From Candidatus Iainarchaeum sp. (GTDB lineage: Archaea; B1Sed10-29; WALL01; JAGHAM01), in contig JAGHAM010000036.1 of NCBI GenBank assembly GCA_021161465.1, positions 13,512-77,511 on the forward strand: 64,000 bases of DNA, read 5' to 3'. The notes under the pieces are model-generated. The model ran no database searches. It worked only from the letters and a program-made list of their open reading frames with translations, and was not told the DNA's origin. The translations under genes and the position numbers were made by a program. How positions within the stretch are numbered: the first letter of the stretch is position 1; each line of letters begins with the position of its first letter. Shown in pieces: positions 61,192-64,000 of this stretch.

Positions 61192-62601
61192 ATGGACGAA
61201 GTTGCTTTACTTAATTCCTTTCTTGGAAGTACAGTAGTTAGGGAGTTATTGCAAAGGATGACCGGTAATTGTGAGGTGTGCGGGAATAGATTGTATAATT
61301 ATCTAAGTAAGTATGCTGGTGAGGAAGTTAATCTTTGCAAGACTTGTGAACTTGGTTATGAAACTTTCTTCAAGGGAGCAATTTTAGCGGCAAAAAAGAA
61401 GTACGGTGTCACTGATGAAGAACTAAGAGAGTTTGTTTCTTATACATTTAACAGAAGAGCAATCTTAAACATAGCTCACGGAGTTATAGACAATGGTCTA
61501 CAAGAACCGCTTGTACCCAGAGCGCCTACTCTGGTAGTTTGGAACGTTACGAAGGCATGTAATCTCCATTGCAAACACTGCTACGAAAACGCTGGAGAAC
61601 CAATGCCTGATGAGCTTACAACTGAAGAAGCTACGGATCTTATCGATAAGATGAGTAACTTTGGTGTTGCTACAATCGCTTTTTCTGGTGGAGAACCACT
61701 ACTAAGAAAAGATTTAACCAAGTTGGTAGAGCGAGCTAGTAGTCATGGTATGTTCGTTTCAATTGCCACCAATGGAACGCTTTTGAGTCTCAAGAAAGCC
61801 CAAGAGCTGAAAAAAGCAGGAGTGGGTTATGTTGAAATTAGCATAGATTCTCCATACGAGGAGGCACATGATGAGTTTAGGGGGGTTCCTGGTTCTTGGA
61901 GACGGGCTTGGAAAGGTTTGGAAAATGCACGTAAGGCTGGCATGACTAACGGTATAGCCTATACTGTAACGAAGAAAAGTGTAGGTGATGCACAAACGAT
62001 GATTAAAATGGCTTTAGGAAAAGTCGATACTTTAATGTTCTTTAACTTTGTCCCAACAGGCAGAGCTATTGATAAAGAGGAATTAGATCTCTCTCCAGAA
62101 GAGCGAGAGGCATTTCTCAGGCAGGTTTACGAACAATTCGAGAAATATCAGGGAAAGATAATGATATCTTCAACCGCCCCCCAGTTGGGCAGGGTTTGCG
62201 TGCAAGAAAGGGGACCTGGTATGATGCATCTTATAGCTGTGAAAGAGAAGGCAAAGCAACTGGTGAGGCTCATTGGAGGATGTGGTGCTGGAAGGCTTTA
62301 TTGTGCTTTGGAACCCAATGGGGATGTGAAACCGTGTGTTTTCTTACCCATAGTGGTTGGGAATGTGAGAGAAAAACCATTCGATAGGATCTGGTCAGAA
62401 AACCCAATCCTACTTGCCTTAAGAGATAAGAATCTCTTGGAGGGAAGTTGTGGTTCTTGTGAGTATAAGACAGTGTGCGGGGGATGTAGATCCAGGGCTT
62501 ATGCCTTAACTCAAAATTATCTGGGTGGCGATCCTGGTTGTATTTACTATAAGAGATGGACGAGGAAATCAACAGCTGCTACTCAGAAGCAACCCGTTTG
62601 A
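61192..62601 (+). CDS. Radical SAM/SPASM domain protein with N-terminal Cys pairs
   Basis: CNLHCKHC, FSGGEP, CGAG..PC..CGSC..CGGCR..DPGC SPASM. Confidence 0.92.
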   Translation: MDEVALLNSFLGSTVVRELLQRMTGNCEVCGNRLYNYLSKYAGEEVNLCKTCELGYETFFKGAILAAKKKYGVTDEELREFVSYTFNRRAILNIAHGVIDNGLQEPLVPRAPTLVVWNVTKACNLHCKHCYENAGEPMPDELTTEEATDLIDKMSNFGVATIAFSGGEPLLRKDLTKLVERASSHGMFVSIATNGTLLSLKKAQELKKAGVGYVEISIDSPYEEAHDEFRGVPGSWRRAWKGLENARKAGMTNGIAYTVTKKSVGDAQTMIKMALGKVDTLMFFNFVPTGRAIDKEELDLSPEEREAFLRQVYEQFEKYQGKIMISSTAPQLGRVCVQERGPGMMHLIAVKEKAKQLVRLIGGCGAGRLYCALEPNGDVKPCVFLPIVVGNVREKPFDRIWSENPILLALRDKNLLEGSCGSCEYKTVCGGCRSRAYALTQNYLGGDPGCIYYKRWTRKSTAATQKQPV

Positions 62602-62911
62602 TAAACGTTTTCCCTTCCTTTAAGAGTTCCTTACCTTTTTTTGTTATACTGTAGTATCTCCTTATCCTCCCATTGACTTCTTTTTCTGATGAGGTTACAA
62701 AACCCCTGGTTTCTAGGGGGTATAACACCCTGTACGAGATTATCCTGCTTACCTTCAATCCAAACCGCTTGCTTAGCTCTTCTTGTATGGCATATGCATA
62801 CATTGGCTTCTCATTGAGCAGATACAGTATATGTATCCAAAGGCATTCAACACCCAGCTTTCTTTTCAGTCTGTCCAGCTCGGGTGAGCCAGTTGGAGAG
62901 AAGTCTACCAT
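62579..62911 (-). CDS. PadR family transcriptional regulator
   Basis: PMYAYAI, YRVLYPLE..G, RRYYSITKKG. Confidence 0.9.
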   Translation of the reverse strand: MVDFSPTGSPELDRLKRKLGVECLWIHILYLLNEKPMYAYAIQEELSKRFGLKVSRIISYRVLYPLETRGFVTSSEKEVNGRIRRYYSITKKGKELLKEGKTFIKRVASE

Positions 62912-62913
62912 GC

Positions 62914-62937
62914 TATATTTAACAACCGTTAAATATA
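62914..62937. promoter_or_regulatory. Perfect inverted repeat, candidate operator in the divergent padR/ino1 promoter
   Basis: TATATTTAAC-AACC-GTTAAATATA. Confidence 0.55.
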
Positions 62938-62974
62938 TAAAATTAGCGCGTGATAATTCATGTGGTGGTTGTAA

Positions 62975-64000
62975 ATGTCCAAAATTAGGGTAGCTATTTC
63001 AGGTATAGGCAACTGCGCCAGCTCTCTTATTCAGGGAAGGTATTACTACAAGGATGTTAGCTCAAATGACGAGCTGGTACCCGGTCTTATGCACAATGTC
63101 TTTGGCGGTTATAAGATAGATGATATAGAGTTCGTGGCTGCCTTCGATATTGATAAGAGAAAAGTTGGTAAGGACCTGAGTGAGGCGATTTTTGCTAAGC
63201 CAAACTGCACCAAAACAGTATACAAGGACATCCCGAAACAAAATGTTATCGTTAAGAAGGGCCCGGTCCTCGATGGGTTCCCTGACCATATGTTGGAATA
63301 CCCTGAGGACAAGAGGTTCATGACTGACGATACGCCACCAGTAGACGTTGTAAAAGAACTGAAAAAGTCAAAGGCGGATATGCTTGTTAACTACATGCCA
63401 GTTGGCAGCCAGAAGGCCACAGAGTTTTATGCTCAAGCTGCCCTTGATGCCGGTATTGCCTTCGTCAATTGTATGCCTGTGTTCATAGCATCTGACCCAG
63501 AGGGCAAATGGCCTAAGAAGTTCGAAGAGGCAGGCTTGCCTGTGGTTGGGGATGATATAAAATCCCAAATAGGGGCAACGATTGTTCATAGGGTGCTTAC
63601 AAAGTTGTTCAATGACAGAGGAGTCAAGTTGGATAAGACCTACCAGCTGAATGTTGGTGGGAACACAGACTTTATGAATCTTATAGAGCACTCCAGGGGA
63701 AAAACAAAGAAGATAAGCAAGACAGAGTCTGTCCAGTCGCAGTTGCCTGTGCCTATGGCGCCGGATACAATCCACATAGGACCATCTGATTACGTGCCTT
63801 GGCTTAAGGACAACAAGCTTTGTTTCCTCAGGATGGAGGGTAGAAAGTTTGGGGACATACCCGTTGAGCTGGAGCTAAGGCTTAGTGTTGAGGATTCGCC
63901 TAATAGTGCGGGGTGTGTTATAGACGCTATACGTGCCTGCAAAATAGCTCTCGATAGGAAAGTCAGTGGCCCACTGATATCTATGTCATCCTATATAATG
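62975..64000 (+). CDS. ino1: Myo-inositol-1-phosphate synthase (partial; runs off the window end)
   Basis: Manual translation: GIGNCASSL, NYMPVGS, GDDIKSQIGAT, YQLNVGGNTDF, EDSPNSAG. Confidence 0.95.
   Translation, partial: MSKIRVAISGIGNCASSLIQGRYYYKDVSSNDELVPGLMHNVFGGYKIDDIEFVAAFDIDKRKVGKDLSEAIFAKPNCTKTVYKDIPKQNVIVKKGPVLDGFPDHMLEYPEDKRFMTDDTPPVDVVKELKKSKADMLVNYMPVGSQKATEFYAQAALDAGIAFVNCMPVFIASDPEGKWPKKFEEAGLPVVGDDIKSQIGATIVHRVLTKLFNDRGVKLDKTYQLNVGGNTDFMNLIEHSRGKTKKISKTESVQSQLPVPMAPDTIHIGPSDYVPWLKDNKLCFLRMEGRKFGDIPVELELRLSVEDSPNSAGCVIDAIRACKIALDRKVSGPLISMSSYIM

Overview
Gene-dense archaeal chromosomal window. The archaeal assignment rests on aCPSF1, proteasome beta, aNAC, RadA, RPA, GGGP synthase, Taw1, class I CCA enzyme, aEF-1beta and GGTGA Shine-Dalgarno motifs; a finer lineage (possibly DPANN-like) cannot be fixed from sequence alone. 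It holds a ~15 kb minus-strand purine/thiamine cluster (purA-thiC-purE-purB-purM-purS-purL-purQ-purC-guaAB-guaAA-purP-like-purP-purH), a DUF1015-aminotransferase-serA-thyX operon, DNA repair and tRNA-processing genes, several surface proteins, a PadR-S-layer-like-ABC exporter-radical SAM/SPASM locus, and a partial ino1. No CRISPR array, rRNA, transposase or integrase was seen. The most striking item is absent from the ORF track: a tRNA-Arg(GCG) gene at 51209-51506 (-) split by two non-canonical introns, a palindromic D-loop intron and a ~197-nt T-loop intron built from repeated modules and hairpins. It converges on a 16-aa lysine-rich micro-ORF with a perfect SD. Other leads are two apparent pseudoenzymes (an amidinotransferase-fold protein with Cys->Ser, and a transglutaminase-like surface protein with a cytoplasmic wHTH-like tail), tandem divergent GNAT-like paralogs, a candidate small structured RNA, and a perfect palindrome between padR and ino1. 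All calls are from motif recognition by eye; no database searches were run.
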